Under the pieces are notes generated by a model. The model had not been told where the DNA came from and searched no databases. It saw only the letters and a list, made by a program, of their open reading frames with translations. A stretch of DNA of 64,000 nucleotides from Candidatus Thalassarchaeum betae (GTDB taxonomy: Archaea; Thermoplasmatota; Poseidoniia; Poseidoniales; Thalassarchaeaceae), in contig PSPG01000001.1 of assembly GCA_003193925.1 (NCBI GenBank), positions 96,001-160,000 on the forward strand, in the 5' to 3' direction. Shown here piece by piece: positions 27,201 to 36,100 of this stretch; the first letter of the stretch is position 1; each line of letters begins with the position of its first letter. A program made the position numbers and the translations under genes.

Positions 27201-27480
27201 CGTCGCTGAATCGGCTGCGGCTGGCCAGAGCAAGTGCGCCGATGGAGACAGCCAACCTGAAAGAGGGCAGACCAGCTGCATAGGGGCCGACAACACGATG
27301 CTCATCATGGGAGGGGTCGCGGTTCTCGCGGTCCTTGCCCTCACTGTGATGTACAGAAACTCGCAGAAGCAGAAGCCCGCGCCGAAGCAGCGGCGTAAGA
27401 AGCGACCGCCTGAAGGCAAGCAACGCAGGCGCAGGCCACCGAAAGGGAAGCGGAGAAAACGCCCTCCGAGCAGCGAGTGA
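24298..27480 (+). CDS. Cell-surface protein: RCC1/BLIP-II beta-propeller, Cys-rich (ephrin-receptor-like/GCC2-GCC3) repeat stalk, C-terminal TM anchor and basic tail
   Basis: Signal peptide, about seven HxCAxxDDGxxxCWGxNxxGQxG repeats, CxPGTYQ repeats, TM segment MLIMGGVAVLAVLALTVMY and a K/R/P-rich tail. Confidence 0.85.
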   Translation: MRRPTRPSNALSITLVVLLLGMSASLAIDSGDRAELAVDKPVLETHSNLYFPGSQEGSIYSDSTLAASSFHTCVVMDDKKMKCWGDGVSGKLGNGSSLDKYVPEYVALGANGGPSLATEHFSYGHFSLARMIDGSIQGWGENGQNNIGCDTTTCWWGGGQNLPLQTKMPATRTAIQVSPGLHHSCAVMDDLSVWCWGQNNYGQVGNGYAPQDVTQGPTNIPMPTGRTAIALAGGSQYSCAVLDDGSAMCWGSNDYGQLGTGNYVDVDEPTAVTAVPSNRTIAAISAAQKTTCAILDDGSLVCWGRGELGQFGDGTYTSSSTTARYVSLPAGRTAISITTGMEHVCAVLDDHSAWCWGNNSYGQIGDGTTTNRPMPTSVSFPAGLTVSVITTGSTHTCAIASNASVYCWGSHEEGELGLGQLSTGYRRDSDIPAWVNLSGGGAGPGAHASVGERDPDHDGIISIFDSTPWPADSCPPGQYLWDLHCVDASPGHYVPYHGMTEEFPCPEGTFNPDTGQSSCYDTTPGHYTNSTGSSTQTDCPPGTYQPDYGQTSCLDVDRGHYSNAGSASGILCPPSTYQPDTGQPSCSDADPGHYVSETGQFDQIQCSPGTYQPVAGQTSCFSASEGYYAPGFGSAEQLVCEPGAYSPSTGLDSCYPADPGYYVYEELATGQTPCPKGSHQPTPASIGCSLVNPGHYAPAPGTAFEIPCPAGTYQPDSGADHCIDADIGHHASGPGNFDQSPCDPGTYAFEGGTGDCLAADPGYYVPDSGASSQTACEVGEHQPDSGAPTCLDNEIGHYTDQTGTAEQIPCSPGTYQSSIGQTACIEADFGFHVPYSGSAGQIPCSPSTYQSSTGQVSCTDAEPGYFVSEHEASVPSACERGTYQSEGGQTECVDADPGYYVPSMGSPSQTPCERGTYQTSGGQHECIEAGPGYYVSTSAALSPTSCSPGTYQDSTAMMSCKEADVDHYVAESAAAGQSKCADGDSQPERGQTSCIGADNTMLIMGGVAVLAVLALTVMYRNSQKQKPAPKQRRKKRPPEGKQRRRRPPKGKRRKRPPSSE
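25717..27290 (+). repeat. About 15.5 tandem 34-aa (102-nt) Cys-rich coding repeats
   Basis: Consensus CxPGTYQPxxGQxxCxxAxPGxYVxxxGxxxQxP counted from the translation. Confidence 0.85.
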
Positions 27481-27523
27481 GAGTCGAGCGCACTTGATAT
27501 GTGCGCGGTCCTCCGCGCCTTCC

Positions 27524-28573
27524 GTGCGAGACTACCCGAGCGACCGCGTCGACCTGCGAAGCGACACTGTCACGCAGCCCACACCCGCGATGCGCGAGGT
27601 GATGGCAGCGGCAGAGGTCGGCGACGACGTATTCGGTGACGATCCCACAGTCATAGAGCTACAGAATCGAATAGCAGAGATGCTCGGAAAGGAGGCTGCG
27701 TTGTTCGTGCCTTCCGGGACGATGTCGAACGCCGTCGCAATCAAATCGCAGACTAGGCCCGGCGATGAGATCGTCACCCATCGCAGGAGCCACATCTACA
27801 TGTACGAGGCCGGCGGCTATGCCGTACTCTCTGGGTGCTCGATATCTTTGGTCGAAGGCGATTGGGGAATGATGTCGCCTGAGGACGTCCAGAATGCCAT
27901 CCGCAAGGTCGAGGGCAGTGATTCGCACTACCCCGAGTGCACCCTGATCTGCGTCGAGAACACCGCCAACGTGGGCGGCGGCTCAATCTACGAGCAGGAC
28001 ACCATGGACGCCATCTGCGAGGTCGCGCATTCGAACGGATGCCGAGCCCATCTCGATGGCGCAAGGCTGTTCAACGCCGTAGTCGCAAGCGGAGTCGATG
28101 CCGCTCGGATGGTCAGGGACTTCGACACCATCTCGATCTGCTTCTCCAAAGGGCTCGGAGCCCCAGTGGGCTCAGTCTTGGTAGGTGACGCCGCGATCAT
28201 CGCAGAAGCTCACAGGTGGCGCAAGATGTTCGGTGGCGGGATGAGGCAGGCGGGTGTGCTTGCAGCTGCCGGGATATACGCCTTGGAGAACAACATCGAG
28301 CGGCTGGCAGAGGACCACGCACGCGCCCGCCGGCTGGCAGAGGCGGTGAACTCGATGGACGGCTACTCGGTGGACCTCGGGGCAGTCCAGACGAACATGG
28401 TATACGTCTCCTGCAAGGAAGGCGGTGCGAGAGCACTCGTCGCGAGCCTCGCTGAGCAGGGCGTCGATGTGCTCGACCTCGAGGAATCCACAATCAGGGC
28501 GGTAATGCACCTGCACATCACCGACGAGGACACCGACAGGGCAATCGCAGCCTTCGAGAACGCTCACATCTGA
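27524..28573 (+). CDS. ltaE: Low-specificity L-threonine aldolase
   Basis: DLRSDTVT, VGDDVFGDDP, SGTMSN, VENT, HLDGARLFNA, CFSKGLGAPVGS and GGGMRQAG. Start uncertain (GTG 27524 or TTG 27494). Confidence 0.93.
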   Translation: MRDYPSDRVDLRSDTVTQPTPAMREVMAAAEVGDDVFGDDPTVIELQNRIAEMLGKEAALFVPSGTMSNAVAIKSQTRPGDEIVTHRRSHIYMYEAGGYAVLSGCSISLVEGDWGMMSPEDVQNAIRKVEGSDSHYPECTLICVENTANVGGGSIYEQDTMDAICEVAHSNGCRAHLDGARLFNAVVASGVDAARMVRDFDTISICFSKGLGAPVGSVLVGDAAIIAEAHRWRKMFGGGMRQAGVLAAAGIYALENNIERLAEDHARARRLAEAVNSMDGYSVDLGAVQTNMVYVSCKEGGARALVASLAEQGVDVLDLEESTIRAVMHLHITDEDTDRAIAAFENAHI

Positions 28574-28611
28574 CCCAAGCCTTTGAGAGCGGGACAGAGC
28601 GGCGATTCACC

Positions 28612-29505
28612 ATGCGAGGCCGCATAGCGCTCGTCCTCATCATCGTGCTGCTCACGCCCGCACCTGGGCAGGCAACCGAGGCAGTCGACCTCTCAGAGAG
28701 CAGAGGCATCGTGGGCGGCCTCGTCATCGACCTCGGACTCGGCGAGCAGGATACCTCGGTCAGTGCTCAGGCCGAGGACCTGCCTCGGGTGGTCGAGGTG
28801 TACACGGCTACGTGGTGCGCTAACTGCGTCGGCGCCGAGCACGCGCTCGACGAGGCGATTGAGGGCGAGAACGCCGTGGTCCTCTCTCACCACCGTTCGA
28901 TCGGCGAGGTCGAAGACCCCTTCGGCACACAGGACGGGGACTGGCGCTGGGAAGACCTGTACGGTAGTGCCTCCCAAGAGGTAACCGGGCTCATGAGAGC
29001 CGCCCCGACCATGGTCTTCGACGGCTGCAGGGTCAAGGTCGGGACCTCTCCCAGCGGAGACTCGCTACAGACGGATTACGAAGAACTCCTCGCATTGCCG
29101 ATGCCCGTTTCAGGTGCGGAGTCATCGACTCTGACTTGGACGGGTAACAACAACTCGGGCACGGTTGGCTGGGGCTTCTCCTTCGCCCCCGCGGAGACGA
29201 CCAGTTGGGTTCACCGGTTGATGGTCGTCGAGGCGGTCGCGAACTTCCCCGAGGGCAGCAACGGCTTAGAGGACTACACCACCGTCGTCAGGGAGGTGGT
29301 GACTCTCAATGGAGACGATGGCAGCATGGCGCTGGAACTGCCAGCGGCCTGGGATGGAGACGACCTCTATCTGGTTCTGCTGCATGAGTGGACAACTGTG
29401 GCTGAGGAGGCTGACGGCGGCATTCTCAGCGCTCTTCCAGGCCTTGGAATGCTCACTCTCCTGCCAATCCTGGCAGCTCTCCTGCCTTCCCGCAGAGAGC
29501 GCTGA
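28612..29505 (+). CDS. Exported thioredoxin-fold (CxxC) protein with a PGF-CTERM-like C-terminal anchor
   Basis: Signal peptide, VEVYTATWCANC, cis-Pro motif APTMVFDG. Ends LPGLG, hydrophobic stretch, RRER. Confidence 0.75.
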   Translation: MRGRIALVLIIVLLTPAPGQATEAVDLSESRGIVGGLVIDLGLGEQDTSVSAQAEDLPRVVEVYTATWCANCVGAEHALDEAIEGENAVVLSHHRSIGEVEDPFGTQDGDWRWEDLYGSASQEVTGLMRAAPTMVFDGCRVKVGTSPSGDSLQTDYEELLALPMPVSGAESSTLTWTGNNNSGTVGWGFSFAPAETTSWVHRLMVVEAVANFPEGSNGLEDYTTVVREVVTLNGDDGSMALELPAAWDGDDLYLVLLHEWTTVAEEADGGILSALPGLGMLTLLPILAALLPSRRER

Positions 29506-29580
29506 TTTCTTACCTGCGGCTACTTCTCCTCAGGTGGGTTGAATAACCCCGCCTTGCCATTGCGCATGCTCGGTGATGCC

Positions 29581-32500
29581 ATGACTTCCACACCTCCACT
29601 TCAAGTGACCAGCGAGGAGGTCTCCCGCGGAGCTACCCCGTCTTGGCTGATGGAGCACATGATGCATCAGGCGCTGGGTCCGACGGACACCGAATCAGGT
29701 GGCTCCGGGCGAATTCTGGTAGTCTATCCGACTGAGGAGTCCCGCAGGCAGACCATGTCTCTGCTCGATGGAGCAGGCACCGCTGTCGACCGGACACTGC
29801 ATCACACGGTCGAGTCGCTGAAGTCCTCCCTAGTCGCAGACCTGCGACTGCCGAGGGTGTTGACCAAGGGGGGCGCCTTCGATCTGATTCTGCACGAGGC
29901 GTGCCGTCAGGGGGCGGCGGGACTCGCCTTTCCGCTAATCAACCCTCTGCCCGACATGAACTGGGGTAGGGGGAAGACGGCGGCTCTGGCAGAATTGCAC
30001 TCGTTCCTGTCTAGCGAGTCCGCTGCTGGGAGCTGGGAGGGGCCCGGTATCACCTCCTTCAGGATGATTCTCAGACGGCTTGAGAAGGAACTCCGGGGAA
30101 CGCATCCCGACATGGTCGCGTCGCGCATCGTTGAGGGGCTGGAGAGCGGGTCAGAGCCGTTCACCCTCATCGACGTCGATGGCATCATCATGCTCGACCA
30201 TCCTCCAGGAACCCCCCGCGCACACACGGAACTCATGCTGGCTCTGTCGAGGCATTGCCCGGTGCACCAGTTGGCCTACCCGGGCAACTTCCGACTAGGC
30301 CACCACGGCCACCTGCTGCTGGACGAGCACCCGCTCAAGAGATCAGCCGAACTGCCGAGTTGGGTTCCGAACCACGAGCCCGACGCATCGGATTCCCTCA
30401 GCGGCGCCTCGCGCCTGCTTCTGCACAGGGAGGAGCATTCATTCGATGCGGCAATCGGCCTAGCGCGAGAGCGCCTGGAGTCGAGCAAGGAAGACCGAGT
30501 GATCATCGTCGATCCGGCCTTGGAGTCCAACATGCCCCGTTGGGAGCGCGCTCTGCGCGACCTCGGAATCCCGGCCACTCCCTCGCAGGTACCAGTCTCC
30601 TCGCACTCACTGGGACACTGGCTCGGCTCACTCGCCAATCTGGCACACGGAGCCGACGCATTCTCACTGGAAAGCCTGCGCTCGCTCTCCCTGCAGCGCT
30701 CAATCAGCGCCCTCGACGAGCCCGAGCAGCACCCGTCCGAGGGCAGGGTCAGTCCACATGCGGATTCGGACCTGCTCACCGAGCTCGCCCGCGGTGAGCA
30801 CGTCCTGGGCGGTCCCGGCGCTCTCAGGAGATGGCTCCAGACGATGTCGAGGCCTACGCTCTCGGAACGAGACGGCATCAGGAAGGAGTCCACCCAGTGG
30901 TGGCTCCTATGCGTGGCCAATTCACTGAGGCCGCTGCTCAGCGGCGAGGACTGCGCGGCTTTGCAGGAGGAGCATGTCAGGGTCGGCTGTCACACCGGAG
31001 CGATTCTGCCTTTGAGTGAGCCGACTCGGAGCGGAGATGCATGGCTGCTGGCCACACTCGGACTGATCGACCTCGAATCGGCGATGGAGTTGTGCGATGG
31101 TGAGGGCACTTCGCCGGCCGCGGTGGTCCAGGCTGTAGTCAGGGACCACAGCGCCCTGAGGGCGATGCAGGGCAATATCGGACAGGAAACCCCTCGCATC
31201 GGTCCCGACTGGGTCGACGAGTTCACTTCCCTGATTCAATCCTCGAGCATCCAACAAGGTGGCTCCAACGCCACCAGCAGGGTCAGGGTATTGACTCCCT
31301 CTGATGCTCTGGGTTGCACTGCCGAGCTGGTCATCCTCACAAATCTGTCCAGTTCCTCCTGGGACCTCAGGGTCCCTAAGATGGCCTTCCTCGGCGACGA
31401 GGAGCGCCATTCGCTAGATCTCCTCCGACCCGACGGGCCAGTGCGCGACGCCCGCCACCATCTCGAGCACCTGCTCGCGGCTGCCCCGGAGACCATCCTG
31501 CTGGACCCGAGCCTCGATGACGCATCTCCTGCCGCTGCGCCGATCAGGGAATGGGCAACCGCCAACGACCCCGACGACGAGGCGGAGATCCTCGACTCCC
31601 GCCCCAGCCACCCAGTGAGTCCCCGTGACTTCCGCCAGTCTGATGGAATCCTACTCAGGAGCATGAGACCCCCTATCCACCCGCCGATCAATCCCAACTC
31701 GGTCTCGATATCGATGGACCTGCAGTTGCAGCGCGACCGTGAGAGGAGGCAACCCAGTCGCTCGGAGGATGACGGCTACCTGCCTGACGGCGTCGCACCA
31801 CACCTCTTCTCAATCGAGTTTGGGGACCTGTTCCGCAAGACTCCAGCAGGGGTCGAGCCGCCCCGTGCGCATGCGAGGTGGCCGCTCGTCGGAGGCTACA
31901 CACAGGGTGGCAAGAGGACGCCCACCATCGATCCCCGCCCATTCTCCCCCGCAGCCTCGGGCTCGATGGTCAGCGACTCGAGGCACGGCCACTCCCCGGG
32001 GGCAGAGCAGGACGTCGCGATCTGGTCGGCCAGCAGGCTCCACGAGTGGCTGCAATGCCCTAGGAGGGGATGGCTGTCAAGGGGGCTCAAGGCGGAGCAG
32101 GAGGAACTGCAGGCCGAGGACCTTGATCCTCGTACCCACGGAGAGCTCCTGCATCTCGTCCATCACGACATGCTGTGCGAGATCCTCGACCTCGATATCG
32201 GGGACGAGCGCGAGTTCGGGGGAAACGGATCAATCAGGAGTATCGCTCAGTCGGGAACCGATGAGAACGAGTTGATGCGAATAGCCCTCGAGTCACTCGA
32301 TTCCAGAGCGCCATGGCTCGACAGGACCGACGCGGTGTCCACCCACAGGCTGAGGCTCCTCACCGGGATGGACCGCGGAGCCTGGAACAGTTGGCTGGCC
32401 GACCCCAGGCCAATTCCACCGGCCGGAAGGGTCGGCACCATCGTGAGGGCCGAGAGCAGGCTCGGCGATGCTGCTCCGGTCTGCCTCGAGTGGAGCATGA

Positions 32501-33162
32501 CGAGCCACGACGAGGCGGGCATCGAGGTCTCTCTTCCCGCTGAGCTGACCTGTGGGGGGGAAGAACTCCCCACCATCCGGGTGCGGGGCTACGTCGATAG
32601 AGTGGACATTCTGCCTATGGACGAGGAGGGACTCGTATGGATGGATGCTGACGGGAACGAAAGCGTTGCCCCGATCAGAGTCCACGAATCAGGCTGGAAG
32701 CCCCGCCGACTGGTCGCAATCAGGGATCTCAAGACGTCTGAGTCCAAGTCGGCAAAGGACCGCCACTCTGGCGGTCTGCTGGATGAGTTGCAACTAGCCC
32801 TCTACGCAAGAGCATGGGAGATCGCCCACCCTGGTGACTTGGTAGTGGCAGCCGGTATCTCTCTCTTCAGTCACAACACCGAGCACATGCTCGAGATGTC
32901 CACATGGTACTCCGCTTCTCACGCAGAGTTGCAAGTGGGTACCCGCACCGATGTCACTGCGAGTCTGCACAGGTTCGCTGACGAGGGGCCCTCGCCGGGC
33001 AGTGACCACTTCAGGGCATGGCTGGCACAGCGTCTGTCCGTTGCTCTGGGGGTTGCTGCCGGGGCGGCTTCAGGCAGCGTGCACCCGACCCCGTCGAAGG
33101 GGGTATGCAGGTACTGCCCTGTCAGCAACACCTGCGAAGTCAGAATGGAGGATGATTACTGA
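29581..33162 (+). CDS. AddB/AdnA-like subunit: inactive helicase scaffold plus C-terminal PD-(D/E)XK nuclease with four Cys
   Basis: WSASRL..WLQCP, GELLH, GYVDRVD, DLKT, QLALY and CRYCPVSNTC. No Walker A. Start approximate. Confidence 0.82.
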   Translation: MTSTPPLQVTSEEVSRGATPSWLMEHMMHQALGPTDTESGGSGRILVVYPTEESRRQTMSLLDGAGTAVDRTLHHTVESLKSSLVADLRLPRVLTKGGAFDLILHEACRQGAAGLAFPLINPLPDMNWGRGKTAALAELHSFLSSESAAGSWEGPGITSFRMILRRLEKELRGTHPDMVASRIVEGLESGSEPFTLIDVDGIIMLDHPPGTPRAHTELMLALSRHCPVHQLAYPGNFRLGHHGHLLLDEHPLKRSAELPSWVPNHEPDASDSLSGASRLLLHREEHSFDAAIGLARERLESSKEDRVIIVDPALESNMPRWERALRDLGIPATPSQVPVSSHSLGHWLGSLANLAHGADAFSLESLRSLSLQRSISALDEPEQHPSEGRVSPHADSDLLTELARGEHVLGGPGALRRWLQTMSRPTLSERDGIRKESTQWWLLCVANSLRPLLSGEDCAALQEEHVRVGCHTGAILPLSEPTRSGDAWLLATLGLIDLESAMELCDGEGTSPAAVVQAVVRDHSALRAMQGNIGQETPRIGPDWVDEFTSLIQSSSIQQGGSNATSRVRVLTPSDALGCTAELVILTNLSSSSWDLRVPKMAFLGDEERHSLDLLRPDGPVRDARHHLEHLLAAAPETILLDPSLDDASPAAAPIREWATANDPDDEAEILDSRPSHPVSPRDFRQSDGILLRSMRPPIHPPINPNSVSISMDLQLQRDRERRQPSRSEDDGYLPDGVAPHLFSIEFGDLFRKTPAGVEPPRAHARWPLVGGYTQGGKRTPTIDPRPFSPAASGSMVSDSRHGHSPGAEQDVAIWSASRLHEWLQCPRRGWLSRGLKAEQEELQAEDLDPRTHGELLHLVHHDMLCEILDLDIGDEREFGGNGSIRSIAQSGTDENELMRIALESLDSRAPWLDRTDAVSTHRLRLLTGMDRGAWNSWLADPRPIPPAGRVGTIVRAESRLGDAAPVCLEWSMTSHDEAGIEVSLPAELTCGGEELPTIRVRGYVDRVDILPMDEEGLVWMDADGNESVAPIRVHESGWKPRRLVAIRDLKTSESKSAKDRHSGGLLDELQLALYARAWEIAHPGDLVVAAGISLFSHNTEHMLEMSTWYSASHAELQVGTRTDVTASLHRFADEGPSPGSDHFRAWLAQRLSVALGVAAGAASGSVHPTPSKGVCRYCPVSNTCEVRMEDDY

Positions 33163-36100
33163 TGCGTCTGAACACGGCTCAGCGACTCGCACTGAATCTG
33201 GATGCTCACATCGTCATCGACGCGGGGGCTGGCACAGGCAAGACCAGCACCATCGTCGACCGGGTCATCGAGCATTATCTCACCGAAGACCAGCGAGCGA
33301 CCCGCCTCCTGCCCAAGCCGGAGAGGCCGTCGAGGCTCCAGGGGGGGATGATCACGCCTCCCTCCTCCGAGCGCATGGACCTGCGCGAGTGGGGCGGGCT
33401 GCTTCCCGGAGAGGTCGTTCTGCTGACCTTCACCAACCGGGCGGCCGACGAGATGAGGGACCGCCTGCGTCGAAGCATCGCCCGCCTGCGGCCCGGTCCC
33501 GTGGGCGACGACGGAACTCACAGGAGCGACCCGCGAATCAGGCACGAGGGCTTCGGCGAGCAGTTACTGACCCTGCTCGAAGACGCCCCGATAGGAACCA
33601 TCGACTCGTTCCTCAATCAGCTTGTGGCACCCTATCGCGGCCTACTGGGCGACGCGCTCAGCCGCGAGAACATCTCGGACGCGGGCAGGATACTACTGGT
33701 CGATTCCGCACTCAACACCCTGTGGAGGCTGCCCAGTTCCCTATCGCACATCGGCGAGGCCGTGGATGCGGGGATACCCGCCCACATCGCCTCGGAGGTG
33801 CTTGCCGCGCGCGACAGAATCGCCCGCCATTACTCGGGGCGCAGGTCAGCCGCTGGCGTCCTGCGCAGCCTCGTAGGGCGCTCCGTGTTCATCGAGGAGG
33901 CTGCGCGCAGGATCATGGACGAACAAGGCAGGATCACCCCTGAGCTGCTGCGCCAGCAGATCATGGCGACTATCGATCCCGGTGACATCGCCGAGCACAC
34001 GCATGAGGTTCATGGGATCATCGCGGAGTTCTGCGAGCTGGTCAGGGAGAACATCGCGGTACTCGCGGCAGGGGGATGGCCGGCCGAGTCCCGAATGGCC
34101 TGCCTGGACTCCCTAGCGAGTGACGGCCCACCAGACGATGCATGGGGACAGTTGACATGGCTTAGCCACGTTCTCATTTGCACGGTCAGCGCCGCCAGCC
34201 TGATGGGAAGGAATCTGACGTTCTTCCCCAACACACAGTTCCCAGATGACTCTTGGGTGCCTGGAATCGGGAAGTTCTCCGGAATCCGCGACAAGAGCAC
34301 GAAAGAGCATGTCCGAGACAGCATGAAGCGCAGCATATCGACTCTGAAGGAGGCGTGGTCGACTGACCGGGGCAAGCTCCTGCTGCACTTCTCACGCATC
34401 GCCCTGCTGCTGGACGACTCCTCCCCCCCGGCAACCCCCGCCGATTGGGAGCCCCCCCTCACCCCACTGCCCGACCCCGTGCCAGAGCGACTCCAGAGGA
34501 CCAGAGCTGACCAGCACTACTTCACGTTCGAGGCAGAGGTGCGCAACCTGCAGGACCTGTACATCATCCATCAGGGATTCCAGGGCGTCATCCAGAAACT
34601 CAAGGAGCATGACGAGGTACATGACTTCGATGACATACAGAGACTCGCGGGCGACCTCCTCCTCGCCAACTGCCCGGCAACCTGCAGGGCCTTCTACCAT
34701 CCCTCCATCCAGAGCGCCTTGGACTCCATGGCTGACAGCCCGTGGCGCGACGACCACGTAACCGCAGCCTTCGCAGCTCTCGCCGCACTGGAGGCCGAGC
34801 CGAGCAGAGCGGGAGACTCCGCTGGCCATTTAGGCGCAATACGCGCCGACCTGGAGAGCAGGTGCGACCTGCTGAGAAGGATCAGGAGGAGGTACCGTGC
34901 CTTCGTCATCGACGAGGCCCAGGACAACTCCCCCCTGCAGTGGAGACTCCTGTCGAGGCTTTGGGGCGAGCGTCAGACCGAGGACGGCGACCCACAGACC
35001 CCCGACACGCCTTGGCAGCCTACCGTCTGCTACGTCGGCGACGTCAAGCAGAGCATCTACGCCTTCAGGCAGGCCGAGGTCACGGGTTTCCTAGAGTACG
35101 CAAGGTACCTCAGGACGGTCAACATCCACGAGTTTTCTAGCGTCGCCGAACTCACTCGCAAGCCCGCACTCAGAAGCGAGTCCCACAGCCGCGACCCGCG
35201 CAACGCCCACGCGGTCACCATCGCGACTGCCACCGAGCACATGGAGAAGGGAGGGCGCGATCTGATTGCTTGGATCCCCTTCGACGCGTCCGATAGGAAT
35301 CTCCCCTCGCCTGACGGTGCGGAGGTAGACGCACGCAGGGAGGGACTGATTTCGCTTCAGGTCAACTACCGCACCGAGGGCGGGTTGCTGAGAGCGATGA
35401 ACGAGTGGTGGAACGACGTCTTCTCGCCGAGGCACCGCCATTTCCCCAACGGAGACTTCTACGCAACTCCCCAGACCCTGTTCGGCAGCCCCGAGAAGCA
35501 CGACAACTCCGGCTCGATCGAGTGGCTCTGCCCATTGAGCACCGGCGGCGACAGCGATCCCACTACCGACCTGTCCATCCCGCTGGACCCCTTCGGCCCG
35601 GGCAAACCCGACTCCCTGGAGAGACAGGGGATGCTCATCGCCTTGCGCGTGCGCAGCCTGATCGAAGGCTCTCCGGTCAGGGTCCGCTCGGCGGACGGGC
35701 GCTGGCATCGAGTCGACGCCGAGGAAATGGTCTCGCCCAGTGACATCATGATCCTGCTGTCGAGCAGGAGTAAGATCAGGGACATCATCATCCGACATCT
35801 CCATGATCTGGGGATACCAGCCCAAGCGGACCGCGAGGGAGGCCTGCTCGACAGACCGGCCGCTCATGCTCTGGAAGGACTCCTGCAATTCATCGCCAGA
35901 CCGCGCTCCCGTCATCACGCCGCGTGGGTCGCGCGCTCCGTCCTCATCGGTCTGGATGACGCGCAGTTGCAGGATTTCATCGGTGGCTCGGAGCGCGGCG
36001 AGGACCTATTGACCAGGCTGTTGGAGCATACTGTCAACGAGCGGCAGCGAGCACTGGTGGCGAGATGGAGCGAGCTTTCCAGCGCTGGCCGTCTCATCGA

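Noticed and set aside
32020-33162. Cas4-like four-Cys nuclease suggesting CRISPR-Cas
   Set aside because: It is the C-terminal domain of the AddB-like subunit. I saw no repeat-spacer array or cas1/cas2.
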